Of a DNA stretch of 64,000 bases, positions 47,950 to 61,197 are shown in pieces. Below the pieces are notes generated by a model. It had not been told where the DNA came from, searched no databases, and saw only the letters and a list, made by a program, of their open reading frames with translations. The stretch comes from Octopus sinensis (Eukaryota). The position numbers and the translations under genes are program-made. The stretch lies in contig NC_042997.1 of assembly GCF_006345805.1 (NCBI RefSeq), forward strand, positions 31,434,001 to 31,498,000. Reading direction: 5' to 3'. The first letter of the stretch is position 1; each line of letters starts with the position of its first letter.

Positions 47950-50312
47950 CAGTGATTCCGAAGGTGGGGCGTACGCCCCACTGGTGGGGCCTGAGAAAAT
48001 TCAGGTGGGGCGCGGGCATAGACGTGGGCTGTGAAATATTTGTACATGACGAGCGGTCATCGCGGGCACAACCTTAGATTCCGTCTTTCCTTTGAAGCCT
48101 CCACATCGGAAACTCTCGCACCCCAGCGAGACAAAGAAGATCCCGCACTGAGCAATAAACTTACTATTCAGATAATCAATCAATTGCCTCAATTAGTTTG
48201 CCTCAATTAGTCTTTTGTTAGCCCTATTGAAAATGAGCAAACCAAACAAGAAGAAGACTCGTCAATACGCGGTGGGTGGAGTTTTTGAAGTTTGGATTCA
48301 TTCCTGATGAGCATGATGAGCGTAAACCGTTTGCTTATTATGTAATCAGACGATGAGCAATGAGTCAATGAAGGCAGGTAGGCTGAAGCGCACTTAAAGG
48401 TAAGACATCCTAATAATTCTAATTTAGATTTGGAATACTTCAAATCATTGAAAGAAAAATTTAAAAACCGAACAAAACTCACTTCACTATTTCATGCAAA
48501 ACAAGCGCCTCATACTCGTGCCCTTGAAGCCAGCTACGAAATCTCCTTGCTTATAGCAAAACATGGAAAGAATCACACTATTGGAGAGCAACTGATTAAA
48601 CCTGCTATCTCAATATTCTTAAAAACTGTATTACAAAAGATGATGGAGATATCAGGACTATGCCACTCAGTAATAACACTGTCTCGAACAGAATAGATGA
48701 AATGGGCAAGATTGTTGAAAGCCAGCTCATTGAGAAATTAAAATTGCGTAAGTTTTCATTACAAATGGACGAATCCACAATCCGGACAATGAGGCTCTGT
48801 TATTGACTTATGTGAGGTATATTGACCACGAGGAGTTTCAGGAAGAGATGCTGTTCTGCGAATCGTTTGAAACCACCACAACTGCAAATGATATTACATC
48901 AAAATCAAACATTATTTGGATGCAAACAAAATACCAAAGGAAAACTTACTGGCATGTGCGGCAGACGGTGCACCTGCCATGATGGGCAAGAATACGGGAT
49001 GCTTAAAAATGATGAAGGATGAAAATCCAAACAGTTGACTGTCCATTGTGTAATACACCGAGAAAACTTGGTTGCCAAGAAATTGTCCCCTGTTCTTAAC
49101 AAGATTCTTCAAAGTGTGATCAAGTGTGTCAACAGCATTAAAAGAAATTCTAAATCTGAACGTCTTTTTAAGCAGTTTTGTATAAATCAAAGTGCCGAAC
49201 ATGTTCGATTATTGCTTCATACAGAAGTAAGATGGCTATCAAGTGGAAACTGCTTAAAGAGGTTCATGGAATTATTTGATCAGATTAACGACTTTCTTAG
49301 TGATAAATGTGAAATGAAATTGCTGTCAACAACGGATGGAAAAGCATTTGTCAGTTATTTGACAGACATATTTGAGAAACTTGGAAACTTGAATAAACAA
49401 CTTCAAGGTGCAAACATGACACTTATTGATGCAAAAGCAAAGATTTTTGGATTTATTACAGCTCTCGAATTATGGAAAAGAAATTTCCCAAAAGAAATTT
49501 CAGTGAACTTTACTGGTTGAGTAAATGTGAAATAACGAATGATGCTGGCATTGTAATTATTGATCATTTAAATATCTTGATAAAGGATTTCAATGACAGA
49601 TTTTGCGATTTAAAGGCAATGAATTTTCCTTCTTGGTTAACTCAACCGCTTCTGATTAACGTTTCTGATGCTACAATCCAATACCAAGAAGAGTTATCAG
49701 AATTACAACATGATGAATCAGTGAAGACTTTGTTTAATTGAAAGGTACAAAGATGTGGCTATATGACGAGGTTGAAAGAAAATATCCTAAAATTCTACAT
49801 CAGCGAGAGAGCTACTGATTCCTTTCCCTTCGTCTTATTTGGTCGAATGTGGTTTTAGTGCAGTTGATAATTTGCTCGAAGCCAAGAGAAACCGGCTTGA
49901 GATTACAAAACGTGGCGATTTACGATTGAAATTAACAAAGTTGTCTCCTCAAATTAAAAACTTGTGCTGTATGCATCAGGCACAGGGTTCTCACTAAATT
50001 AGTCGAGCTGACCGTCAAATAATTGAACTGAAAAAACGTCTTCTTTATCTTTTATAAATTGACATTTTTTAAAAAACATGAGAAATCGTAATAATTTTAT
50101 CGATTTATTGGGTGTTATGCACTTTCAGTGCCTGTTGTTTCAATTCTCAAACTTTTTTGTATTTTGAATACAATTTTTTAATTTTGATTTTTTTTCAATT
50201 GTAAGTAGGCCCACATGTACTTGTAAATGTGAGTGGACATGGGAAAAGGTGGGGCGTAAAAACTTTTGCTATGAAAAAGTGGGGCGCCGGGAAAAAAGGT
50301 TGGGAAACACTG
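47950..50312 (+). mobile_element. Full-length hAT transposon, Buster/Charlie group
   Basis: TIRs CAGTGATTCCGAA / CAGTGTTTCCCAA (11/13); 8-bp TSD CACTAGAG (47942-47949, 50313-50320) with central TA; subterminal GTGGGGCG repeats. Confidence 0.95.
48233..49997 (+). pseudogene. hAT (Buster-type) transposase, multiply frameshifted
   Basis: BED finger CLLCNQTMSN...HLKVRH; catalytic LQMDEST and AADGAPAM; CVIHRENL; EVRWLS; SYLVECGFS; C-terminal RGDLRLKLT. Confidence 0.9.
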
Positions 50313-50741
50313 CACTAGAGGGTGCCTTGTACTGGTGTTTTCAACATTTATTGCCTAAAGCGAGAATTCTCAACGAGAAACAGCAACGAATGTACTTTTA
50401 TACAAGTCAAATATGTCCCAAACATATTTGAGCTAATCTAAATGTTTGTTTACAGATATTCAATTTAGTCTTAAAATAGTTGAAATTCCTAGTTCCTTCC
50501 TTCCTGATACTTTTATGAAATTTAAAAAAAAAATGCAAGTTAATAAATGACAGTGAGACAGAGCTCGTAAAATATTCAAACCCTCCAAAACTGAGAAATT
50601 TTATTATCAATTTCGGCATATCTATATAATTGCAGGTGGGGAAAACGAGAACAGGAAGGATATTTTAGTGGAGTTAGAAGTTCTAAGGTTAAAGGACAGG
50701 GTGAAGCGTGGCCGGAGAAGAAGAGAAACAAATGGATCATA

Positions 50742-51014
50742 TACTCTTTTACTTGTTTCAGTCATTTGACTACGGCCATGCTGGAGCACCGCCTTTAGTC
50801 GAGCAAATCGACCCCGGGACTTATTCTTTGTAAGCCCAGTACTTATATTATCGGTCTCTTTTGCCGAACCGCTAAGTGACGGGGACGTAAACACACCAGC
50901 ATCGGTTGTCAAGCAATGCTAGGGGGACAAACACAGACACACAAACATATACACACACACTTATATATATATATACATATATATGACAGCTTCTTTCAGT
51001 TTCCGTCTACCAAA
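50742..51014 (-). mobile_element. SINE family A, head-truncated
   Basis: Near-identical to the reverse complement of 2640..2914. Confidence 0.9.
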
Positions 51015-51927
51015 TATACGGAGATATTCGGCCCGTCGCCTATAATTCGAGTTTAACTAGAAGTACAACAACAAAACATTTACTATGTATGAAGCATTTC
51101 AAATAAAACCAATTAAAACGCTGCGAAACAAGAAAGGAAATAAAACCTCACAGATTAGCGGAGTGAAAGACAATACGTTGACCACAATGAATGAAATGTC
51201 GTCAGACCAGGCCACACCAACTCACCCAACGTCATTTCAGTAAATTTTCATTATTTTGCTTCAGTGTTTCTCAGTAAATATTCTAGCAGTATCTCAAAGT
51301 TTTTATTATCTGTGCTGATGAGATGTTTTAGCACGTCCGTAACGAATTCTCTTCCATACTAAATCTCCGCCCCCGTAACATTGGGATAAATTTTCGCACT
51401 GATTTTTAAAAACAGATGTGAACCGCTTTCACAACATATTAATGTACATTTCTCGAAAGCACCTTCAACGCCACCGTCACACACACACACACACACACCT
51501 ACACACACACACACACACACACACAGGACATGAACGTATACACATAGAAACACGCGCATACAAATTAATTTACCCTTACAATCAATTGCAATTATTCCTA
51601 AGTTCACACTCATTCATACTCATTATCACGATCAAATTATCATATCAGTGTTTCAGCTGATCTGTCTGTTTCGTGTCCTCATTATCGCCTTACCGTGGAT
51701 TTCAACTATACATATAGTTGAAATTTACAGAAAAACAAATGACGAAGACAGGTGTAATAACAATAAGTAGGTATATTAGTTTGATGCTCGGAACGGTGAG
51801 AAAATTGTTTGAGTTTCGAGCTTACGCTCTTCAACAGAGGGGGACACGAAGAAATAAGCAGAGAGAGAATAAAAAGTCCTTTGGAGTTAGTGGTCAATCA
51901 TGGTGATACATCATCAGTACTTATATG

Positions 51928-51965
<38 letters not shown>

Positions 51966-51969
<4 letters not shown>

Positions 51970-52148
51970 AAAGTTTACGAAAAAAACAAAAGACGAAGAC
52001 AGGTGGTGTACAAAACAGATGTATTAGTATAGCGCTCAGGAATAGAAAAAGTATTTTACATTTCGAGGCTACGCTCTTCTACAGAAAGGTACACAGAAAA
52101 AAAGAAGATAAAAAAATGTGTGTAGTGGCTAACGATCTATCATGGCGT
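51966..52148 (-). mobile_element. Family H short element with hammerhead-like motif at 52051..52092
   Basis: Minus strand GTA-CC-TTT CTGTAGA A GAG CGTAGC CTC GAAAT GTA AAA TAC; flanked by (TA)n. Confidence 0.7.
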
Positions 52149-52866
52149 CTTACTCGGAAAAAATGGTCAGACGGGAGGATATATATATATATATACATCA
52201 TCTGCACTTATATATTATATATAGGTCAAACAGAAATATACAAAATATCAGCTACCTCGATTTTAAGAATGATCTTAGTAATACCGCGTAGGTAAGCAAA
52301 GCGTGCTTACAAGCACTTTACAAATGAATACCGTAATTGTGTACCATGTTCTCCGCTTTTTGTTTATTTGTTTCTCTCTTTTTTTTTTTGTCTTTGTTGC
52401 TGTACACATTCGCTAGCTTTCTTACAAAGACGTCTAATACTCTCAGCTTGTACTTTTTAGGGGGAAATAAAATCGAACCATATCAAGTGTAACTACTTGA
52501 AATGGTCGAGACTTCAGGGACTTGACTTATGAAGGAAAGCCAAGAATGACCCGTCTATTTTTGCCAGTCCTTCTAATTGTCGTTTCTCTTGTCCGCCTAT
52601 GTATCGTCTATCTGTCCGAAAATTTTAATGCCGTCTATTGCGTTTTTATTCCATTGATATATATATATATATAAATCCACTTCCATGTAAGTAAGTATTT
52701 CGCTTATTTCTTTGCCGCAATTATCACTGCTGAAGAGCAGGTTCTTTATGACTAAATTTTTTCTTTTGCCCTTACTTATAAATTGTTTATAAATTTAACT
52801 GAAAAGTATTTTTTAATATGCTGGCCATTGATATAATCTTTTTCGAAATATTTTATCCTACATTAG

Positions 52867-52905
<39 letters not shown>

Positions 52906-53013
52906 ATATACAATATAATACATATATATTATACATATATATATATACATATATATACACACCACATATATATATATATACCTATATATATATACATATC
53001 TATCTATCTATCC

Positions 53014-53046
<33 letters not shown>

Positions 53047-53133
53047 ATATATATATATATTATATATATATATATATAATATGTATATATATATATATAT
53101 ATATCATATATATATATATATACATACATATAT

Positions 53134-53184
<51 letters not shown>

Positions 53185-53492
53185 TATATATATACCTATA
53201 TAAAGAGGAAAAAACTTGCGGACTTTGGCTTTGGTAAGGATTCAATGGCACTAGACTTCTTAGGATCGAGCTGAAAATTTACACACCTATAGAAGGCGTG
53301 GTGTAGTTACGGGCAGAGTAGATTTCAAGTCTCTATCTTGATAACAAAGGCCCGAAACAATGCATTTTCTGTGAGTGAGTGAATGTCGTACACTATTGCC
53401 TTGAGTTGTGTTCATGCAACATATTGGATTCTACGCGTGACTGTGCGCGTGTTTGCGCGAATGCAACAGAAAATGGGGCGAAAACACGTTCA

Positions 53493-53875
53493 TCTATATA
53501 TATAAAGCTGAAGTTGTCTGTGTATGGCAGGTTTGGTAGCCTTCAACTATCACTATCTCCTCCGAGACCCTGCGGCGCAAGTTGAACAAAATATAATGTA
53601 TAATAGAAGAAGGCTTGCACTTCCTTCCGTGGAAGAAAAAATTCAAATCGGACCATATTAACACCAAAAATTAATTACATCAAAAAGGTGCTTTTTTTTT
53701 TATTGAAAATCACTATTTTTTTTACTGCTGGGTCGCAATTTTGTGGCGTATTTCAACCAGAAAAATGTTAACTTAAAGAGAATAACAAGCTACATAATGC
53801 AATTTTTTTACTTTTCAAAAATTCCAATTCTAAAGGGTTGAACCAAACCCGAACAGCGCCGAGTGATACTTCTAG
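53493..53875 (+). mobile_element. Non-autonomous Helitron, full length (383 bp)
   Basis: A^TCTATATATATAAA ... CCCGAACAGCGCCGAG hairpin ... CTAG^T. Confidence 0.8.
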
Positions 53876-53884
53876 TATATATAT

Positions 53885-54587
53885 AAAATCTATAATTATT
53901 AGTATAATTATAATTAGGGTTCAGCAAAATTTGCTTCACCACATACCGAAATTTAGAAATAGCACTTAAAACTACTATTTTACTACTATAAGGTATCTTC
54001 CAGACAGCAAATACTCAACAACTCACGCAGGGAAAGAGAAAACAAATAACGACTCTACCCGTATACGCGTTTCGAAGTTAGAGAGATGGGAAAAATGTAA
54101 AATCATATTTCTAATCACACACTCTCCTTAACAGTACAGTTTTTCAAATTTTAAATTTGAGATCACTGATAACGAACATACGTATTTGACCAAGCGACAT
54201 GAAACAGCATATATCCAAAGACGAGTACTTCCGAATTCAAACAGACGAATGAGATCTCGCATTCCTCCTCACTCACCCACGTGTACCAACGAGTTAAATT
54301 CCGCAGAAACTGCAGTTTACTATCAGAGATAGAATTATATTATCAATAATAATAAAGAGTAAAATTAATTAATTAATTAATTAATAATTAATAATTTTAC
54401 CAAGTAGTTCGGTATGTTAAAAGAACCATTATCGGTAAACATATATACAAAAATTCTATAATTATGAGTATAATCATAATTAGGGTTCTAACAAAATTTG
54501 CTTTACTACATACCGAAATTTAGAAATAGCAGTTAAAACTACTGTTTTACTACTACAAGATATCTCCCAGATAGCAATACTCAACAA
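53885..54587 (-). mobile_element. 566-bp-period element with ~135-bp terminal direct repeat and a hammerhead-like motif at 54059..54139
   Basis: CTATAATTAT...TACTCAACAA begins at 53890 and again at 54456; minus strand CTGTA-CTGTTAA-GGAG...CTTC-GAAAC-GC-GTA-TACGG. Confidence 0.6.
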
Positions 54588-55762
54588 TATTGAAATCTAC
54601 ATTATGTTGAACGTTGAATCAAACTTTTTTGTCCTGAGAATTGTGTCCTTGTGTTTGTTGTTCCTCTTAGGTTAACCTAAAGATACATATTTTTGTACTG
54701 TTGTAATAGATTATGGCTGGAAAGATTGGTATGTGATTGTATTTTCATCGCCGGAGCTTCTATACGAGCGATACCTACATGAGTTGTCTGGGATTTTCGT
54801 ATGAGTCTACGATCCTAGTATTCTTAGGGCACTGTAAATAACGAAACTAATCCCCTCTTCAATGTATGAAATGTGACTTAGCTATAGTTTCTCGTGTAGA
54901 TATCATAAATAGAAATATTTCTAAACTAGCTCCTGACGGTGACATTCAGTAACTTTAATAAGAAGAAATTGCTTTTGGTTCCCTCTTGCTCAGCCCAGAT
55001 TATGCAGAACTGAAGCCGAAAATGCACCAATGCACCAGTCATGAGCAGCACTTCCGTTTTCATGTATCATGCCTTACAAACTGTTTCGAAAATTTAATCT
55101 GAGAAATCATGGTTTTTAAGATGGTTGGGTATGACTTAAGAATAATTTGGTTGCAGTATCAAGTCGATCGATCAGCATCCACTCGTGGCTTAATTTCTCG
55201 GAGTCATGTTCATGCGTCACATTTTAGTAGCTCATACTTTATTTAAAGGACTCACCAAATTTGAACAAAGTTTTGAGAGAGGAATAACTTAGTTCCCATG
55301 TGTGGTCGGAATACATTATCTAATATCATTATAATCGCCTATCTTTTCTGAGATCGCAGATATTGGTCATGCATAGTCTTCTGAGAGAGTGACGGAATGT
55401 GAGTGAGTGAATGTGAGAGAGAGAGAGAGAGAGAGCGAGAGGGGGGGAAGAAGAGAGTGAGAGAGTGGGGATAAAAGTCATTCCCATTCCTTGACTAAAA
55501 CATTATTTATTGGCATTGAAAGGGTGAAAATCAAAAACTAACCAAGGCAAAATTAGAACAGGGAGTGAAGAGCGTCGGAACAATTATAAGAAGACATCTT
55601 TTTCGACGCTCCGACGACATTGACGACTTAGCTATAAGGTTGATTAATACAAGGATATATTCACAGAAGGTCGACATGTGATTGTTGTTAGTAGGTAGAG
55701 AGATTAGTATGCATTTCATTTTCACTTGCACTTATAAGCAATAAATGAAATTCTAGAGCAGA

Positions 55763-55928
55763 AAGAGGAGAAGAGGAAGAAGAAGAAGAAGAAGAAGAAG
55801 AAGAAGAAGAAGAGAAGAAGAAGAAGAAGAAGAAGAAGAAGAAGAAGATAGAAAAGAAGAAGAAGAAGAAGAAGAAGAAGAAGAAGAAGAAGAAGAAGAA
55901 GGAGAAGAAGAAGGCGATGGTGATGAAG
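55763..55928. repeat. (GAA)n microsatellite
   Basis: Direct reading of the sequence. Confidence 0.95.
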
Positions 55929-56500
55929 AAGGTATAATCATACTTAACTATGAGCAATAAAGGAGAAGTAGAGAGAGCAAGGGTTTCGTCATGCAATTAA
56001 ATATTTCTTGTCAACAAATGTCACACGTCTGACCTAAAAGTTTGAAAATGGTTAATAAGATTGAGGAGGAGCGGGATGGGATATAATTAACCTGAAATCA
56101 ACAACAACAATAAGAACATTAGTAATAGTTGAAGACGATATACGCCATTAAATGATAAAAAAGTCAGACGGTGTTTATATACAGGCTCACACATGTACAG
56201 GGTGCTTGCAATAAATTTGACTCTTTTGCAAAAAGGAAAAGAAACAAATTAAATTACAATATCCCATCCAAAAAAAGGAAAATTGAAAACAAAACAAAAA
56301 TATGATCTTTAAAACTTGTGACCAGAACTTATTCTGTCTTATACGTAATACTGATTTAATTGATCACTCTGTCGAGCCGCTAGGTTGAATGGAGAATATG
56401 AACACAAAGCAACATTTGACAGTTGGTCTGTGTTCATGAGCTGTGTCAACGTAAAAAGGCTTGTATGTATGTATGTAAGTATGTATGTATGTATTGTATG

Positions 56501-56574
<74 letters not shown>

Positions 56575-57062
56575 AGTCTCTTCTATTTTTTAATTATTAT
56601 AAATCTTCCACTGGGGAGGGAGCCGGTTTCCAACAAAGATACAAGACTTCATCTTTGTGATGTAGTTTTAACACAGACAAATCCACTTTTGGAACGTAAG
56701 AAAAGTCTTGCATATTTTTACTGTTCCACTCATAGACTGGACTTATAATGTACGAATTAGCCAGTTTATCCAGGTTTTCCTTTAAGTTTCTACTAACAAA
56801 ACCTAGTGCTCCAATTATTATTGGTATGAATACGAATTCATAGTCTGGATATAGAAGCTGCATGTTTCGAAGCAGTTGGCCATCGATATCCTCTTTTTCA
56901 TTGATTTTCAGAGATATTTATATCGGCAGGGCAGCTGATCTCTATGACGGTACATACCTTTGCCCCTCTGTCCCAAACAAAAATATCCGGTCTGTCATGT
57001 TTACACTTGACAGACGTTTTGATAGGTATATTCCACCAGTATTCCTTGAGCTGGTGTTTATG
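56575..57062 (-). mobile_element. R4/Dong-type (RLE) non-LTR retrotransposon 3' fragment
   Basis: EYWWNIPIKTSVKCKHDRPDIFVWD...TVIEISCPAD...KINEKED...IPIIIGALG...SGTVKICKTFL: PD-(D/E)xK restriction-like endonuclease; microsatellite on both sides. Confidence 0.8.
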
Positions 57063-57538
57063 CATGTATGTATGTATCTATATTTGTATGTATGTATGTA
57101 TGTATGTATGTATGTATACAGGGTGTTCGGGTTAAAATTAACGATTTTTATGTCTCCTTTTTCTCATGAACTGCTTGACATATTGGTGAGCAGTCAACAA
57201 TATTTGAGAGTATAAATATCAAAGTTGAGAAAAAGGTTAGCTGACACGGAGGACTTGAAGTCATCTGAATATTGGTTCTCATCGGGAGAAAGTAGTTTAC
57301 TCAAAGTAGTTGCCTTTAACTTATACCACGGCCTCAAACAGCTCCGGTACCTGGCGCATGAGTTTTCCACTGTATTCTTGAGAAGATCCCTGACGACTTC
57401 ATTGATTGTGGCCACCGACTCAGTCTTGAATTTGCAGGCAGAGAGTTTGGTGTCCCATAGAATTATATTTGGGGAAATTAGAAAGCTAGAAATTGGGGCT
57501 GGTGAAGGCATAGAAATTTTCAAACAACCACCTCTGAT

Positions 57539-57920
57539 ATGTGAGGTATATTTGCCATCTCAACAAGGCTAACCACTAAGGGTGGGTATTACTGTGGCTT
57601 GTAGCCCCAGCAGAACATCATCTCCAGCTGGCTTTAGGCACACTTTCTGAGCCCTTATGGTATTTGCAAATACCATAAGGGCACAGAAAGTGTGCCTAAA
57701 GCCAGCTGGAGACGATGTTCTCCTGGGGCTAAATACCATAAGGGCACAGAAAGTGTGCCTAAAGCCAGCTGGAGACGATGTTCTCCTGGGGCTAAATACC
57801 ATAAGGACACAGAAAGTGTGCTTAAAGCCAGCTGGAGACGATGTTCCCCTGGGGCTACAAGCTACAGTAACACCCACCCTTAGTGGTTAGCCGTATTGAG
57901 ATGGCAAGTATACCTCACAT
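57539..57920. repeat. Palindrome centred at 57666/57667 with a 63-bp segment triplicated in the right arm
   Basis: Left arm 128 bp; right arm 254 bp = 128 + 2x63; units at 57668, 57731 and 57794. Confidence 0.9.
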
Positions 57921-58539
57921 TGTCGTGCAGTTACTGTTTATACCTCGTTCAGAGATTTATTATCACCTCTGATATCTTCTGGATATATGGTAAGAAGCCG
58001 AATCTTGTTGCCACACTTATGGTTTTCAAGCAGCAACTCTCTCCGGCCGAGAATTGACCACAGACTCCAAAAGTTTTACATCGCCGTATGAATTGAGACT
58101 AAGACCCTCCTTAAAGTTGTGGGGAGGTAAACACATACCAAAAGACCACCACTGTTTTGGGGGAACTTAGTTTTCACGAAGTCCAGGTTGCATCTTATAG
58201 ATTTTACAATGTTCACAACACTGATAAGGAGTCACGATGTCTGCGTCTTGACAGCCGGCGCGAATCCTCATTACATAAGCTAAATCTTTCTCGGTATTCA
58301 GACGGCTTCCAGTCCTTCAATGTTAGCTAACGTTTTCTCAATAACAACTTTAATCTTTACGCTCTCCGATGTCATTGATTGTTAACCAATACAGCAAGCT
58401 GTTCCCGAAAGAAAAGGAGAGATAAAAATCGTAAAATTTATCCCGAACACTCTCTGTATACATACACACACGCACGCACACACACGCATAATTACAAGCA
58501 TGCATTCATACATACATACGTACATTTATACATTCATAC

Positions 58540-58766
58540 GGCGAGCTGGCAGAAACGTTAGCGCGCCGGACGAAATGCTTAGCGGTATTTCGTCTGTCGT
58601 TACGTTCTGAGTTCAAATTCCGCCGGGGTCGACTTTGCCTTTCATCCTCTCGGGGTCGATAAATAAAGTACCAATTTCGCACTGGGTCGATATAATCGAC
58701 TGAATCCCTTTGTCTGTCCTTGTTTTTCCCCTCTATGTTTAGCCCCTTGTGGGCAATAAAGAAATA
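58540..58766 (+). mobile_element. SINE family B
   Basis: GGCGAGCTGGCAGAAACG...GGGCAATAAAGAAATA; ACATTCATAC on both flanks, in (CATA)n context. Confidence 0.9.
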
Positions 58767-59527
58767 TACACATTCATACATACATACATGCATGCATGCA
58801 TACATGCATGCATACATTCAGACATACATGCATTCAAGCATACATACATACATATATACATACATATATGTCTCTCCGTCGACAGAGCGCAATAACAGAG
58901 AACACATGTTGAACCTTATTCTGTGTCATTATTACCCAAGTATCCTAACGTCCCAACATATCGATCAGTTAATATCAGTACTATACTCAAGACAGAATAA
59001 GTTCTGGACACATGTTCACTTAAAACCTGTTCAAGTTTTAAAGTTCCGCCCAGTAAATCCGCCGTTCAATGACTGAAATATATAAACTAGAACAAACACA
59101 CACACACAAACAAACAAGCACACACACACACACAGATGTATCACGTGTGTTTGTGTGCGTGTAAATTCATACAGTCCCGAATACTTACGTACACAATTAT
59201 ACAAATACTGAGAGATAGAGTAACTGGTGTGTGGTTTATAGTATCAAATTACAGTATTAGAATAAGGTGATAAAACTGAATGTCGCCACCTTGGCGAGAA
59301 GTGTCTTACATTGACTTCATATCGGTTACATATCAGTAAGACACGTCTTACTCCTTAACTGTCATTTCCTCTGTAAGAGACAAGGTGACATAATAATTTA
59401 TTAAAGTAAGATAACATATCAAGGAAGGTTGCTTGAAATTGTATATACGGTCGGGTATACATATGTACTTACGTACATACATATATATATATATATATAT
59501 ATACATACATACATATATAGATACTAC

Positions 59528-59623
<96 letters not shown>

Positions 59624-59628
59624 ATACC

Positions 59629-59684
<56 letters not shown>

Positions 59685-61197
59685 TATAATATATATATAT
59701 ATGCGTGTATATATATATATATGCACACATTCAGATACACAACACACACGAACACATATATAAGGTGTTTGTATGTGTGAGAGTTGTTAGCGTGGTATGT
59801 GTGTTTTTTGTGTAATTTTATATATGTAGGTCCTAAATACACAAACGTGTGTGTTTCACGATTACTCGGATTACTAATGCTGAATGGATAATTTTCAACA
59901 AGTAACGAGAATTTTGTTTTTTAAACTCTATCCTCTATAAATTGAGATCTCTTGTTAGAACTTATCCACATACTAACAGATCACACGCTCTTACAAGTGG
60001 TTTTACGTTGTTTTGTTTTGTTTTTCTTTTCTTACGCTTAACCTGTAACACTAGCAATAAACAACTCGAATGTTCAGCGCTTTGTAGATTAAAGTAGTTT
60101 ATGACCCTTATGGAACTATAATATTGGTAAATCAGTAAATAAAAAAAAAAAGCACCAGTAACACCACATCAGCTGACAAGTAATATGTAACGCTGCTGTA
60201 CAAAAATTAATGAATGTAGTGAGATGTATGTGCCTGAAATCGTAGTCTCCCACAGCTGATGTTGGCCGAACATTCGTACGAAACACTAAAATATCTATAG
60301 TCGGTAATAGAGCATTTGTGTTAATGATATGTCCCCTAGTATTGATTGTTTTTTTTTTATCACTTCAGGGAGGTAAATCCTGCACTTACAAGTACAATCG
60401 GTAGTCTACTTCACGAATTATGATTATATATAAGCCCTTCTCTATGCTGATTACCGTAAAGAAAAAAACATACAAATACATCAATACATACGTCAGTTTA
60501 AATGTACTTGATATGAAGATTCCAGTGCCTATATCAAGAGATATTGTTTTGTAATACAAGTAACATTTTGCTCTACAAAATATGTATTATAATTGATTGC
60601 GAATCATATATATATATATATATATGATTCACAATCAAACTGCAGAAATGGCGTATTCCGAATTATATATATTGCTAGATAACCTTATTCCACGAGGCCC
60701 AACCAAAGCATTATAGTTTCGAATCTAGTTAAATTAAAAATTATTACGTTGGCAGTAGCTTTAGTGCAAGTTCAACTGTGGTAAGCTGAACATGTATCCT
60801 TTAGAAAGAAATAGCCTAATTAATGATGTAGTTCACAAGTGTACATTTAACACATTTATTATCACTAAATCGTATATAAGCTTATCAGCCAATAGTTTCA
60901 AAGTTCGATGTCAAGCACATAGGCAATGTTTTCGGTGTAGATCTGAAACTTGAAGGTTAGAAATATGCATGCTTTACATTAAGATATTTAGAATATGTAT
61001 GGAGAAAGTATATTACTGTTTGCATACATGGATATGCAACTACAAATACATGACAACTTCAAATATGATATGAATTCATTACGTTATTTATCCATATATT
61101 CACATATTTACAAATTATCATATTAGTAACAGTGCATACACAAACATGCACACGCACACACACACACACACATACACATATAGTAAATCAAAAAAAA

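Noticed and set aside
51050-51345. Possible PLE 3' remnant (MYEAFQIKP) with hammerhead CTGATGA-GATG...CGTC-C-GTAAC
   Set aside because: GAAA is replaced by GTAA, there is no stem I, and the peptide match is too short to support a call.
57115-57530. Tc1/mariner-like terminus TACAGGGTG (also at 56196) and minus-strand ORF 57194..57523
   Set aside because: No matching opposite TIR and no recognisable DDE motif.
57569-57890. CRISPR-like or repeat-protein reading of the 63-bp repeats
   Set aside because: The units are contiguous with no unique spacers, the context is eukaryotic, and the repeated peptides merely reflect the in-frame 63-bp period.
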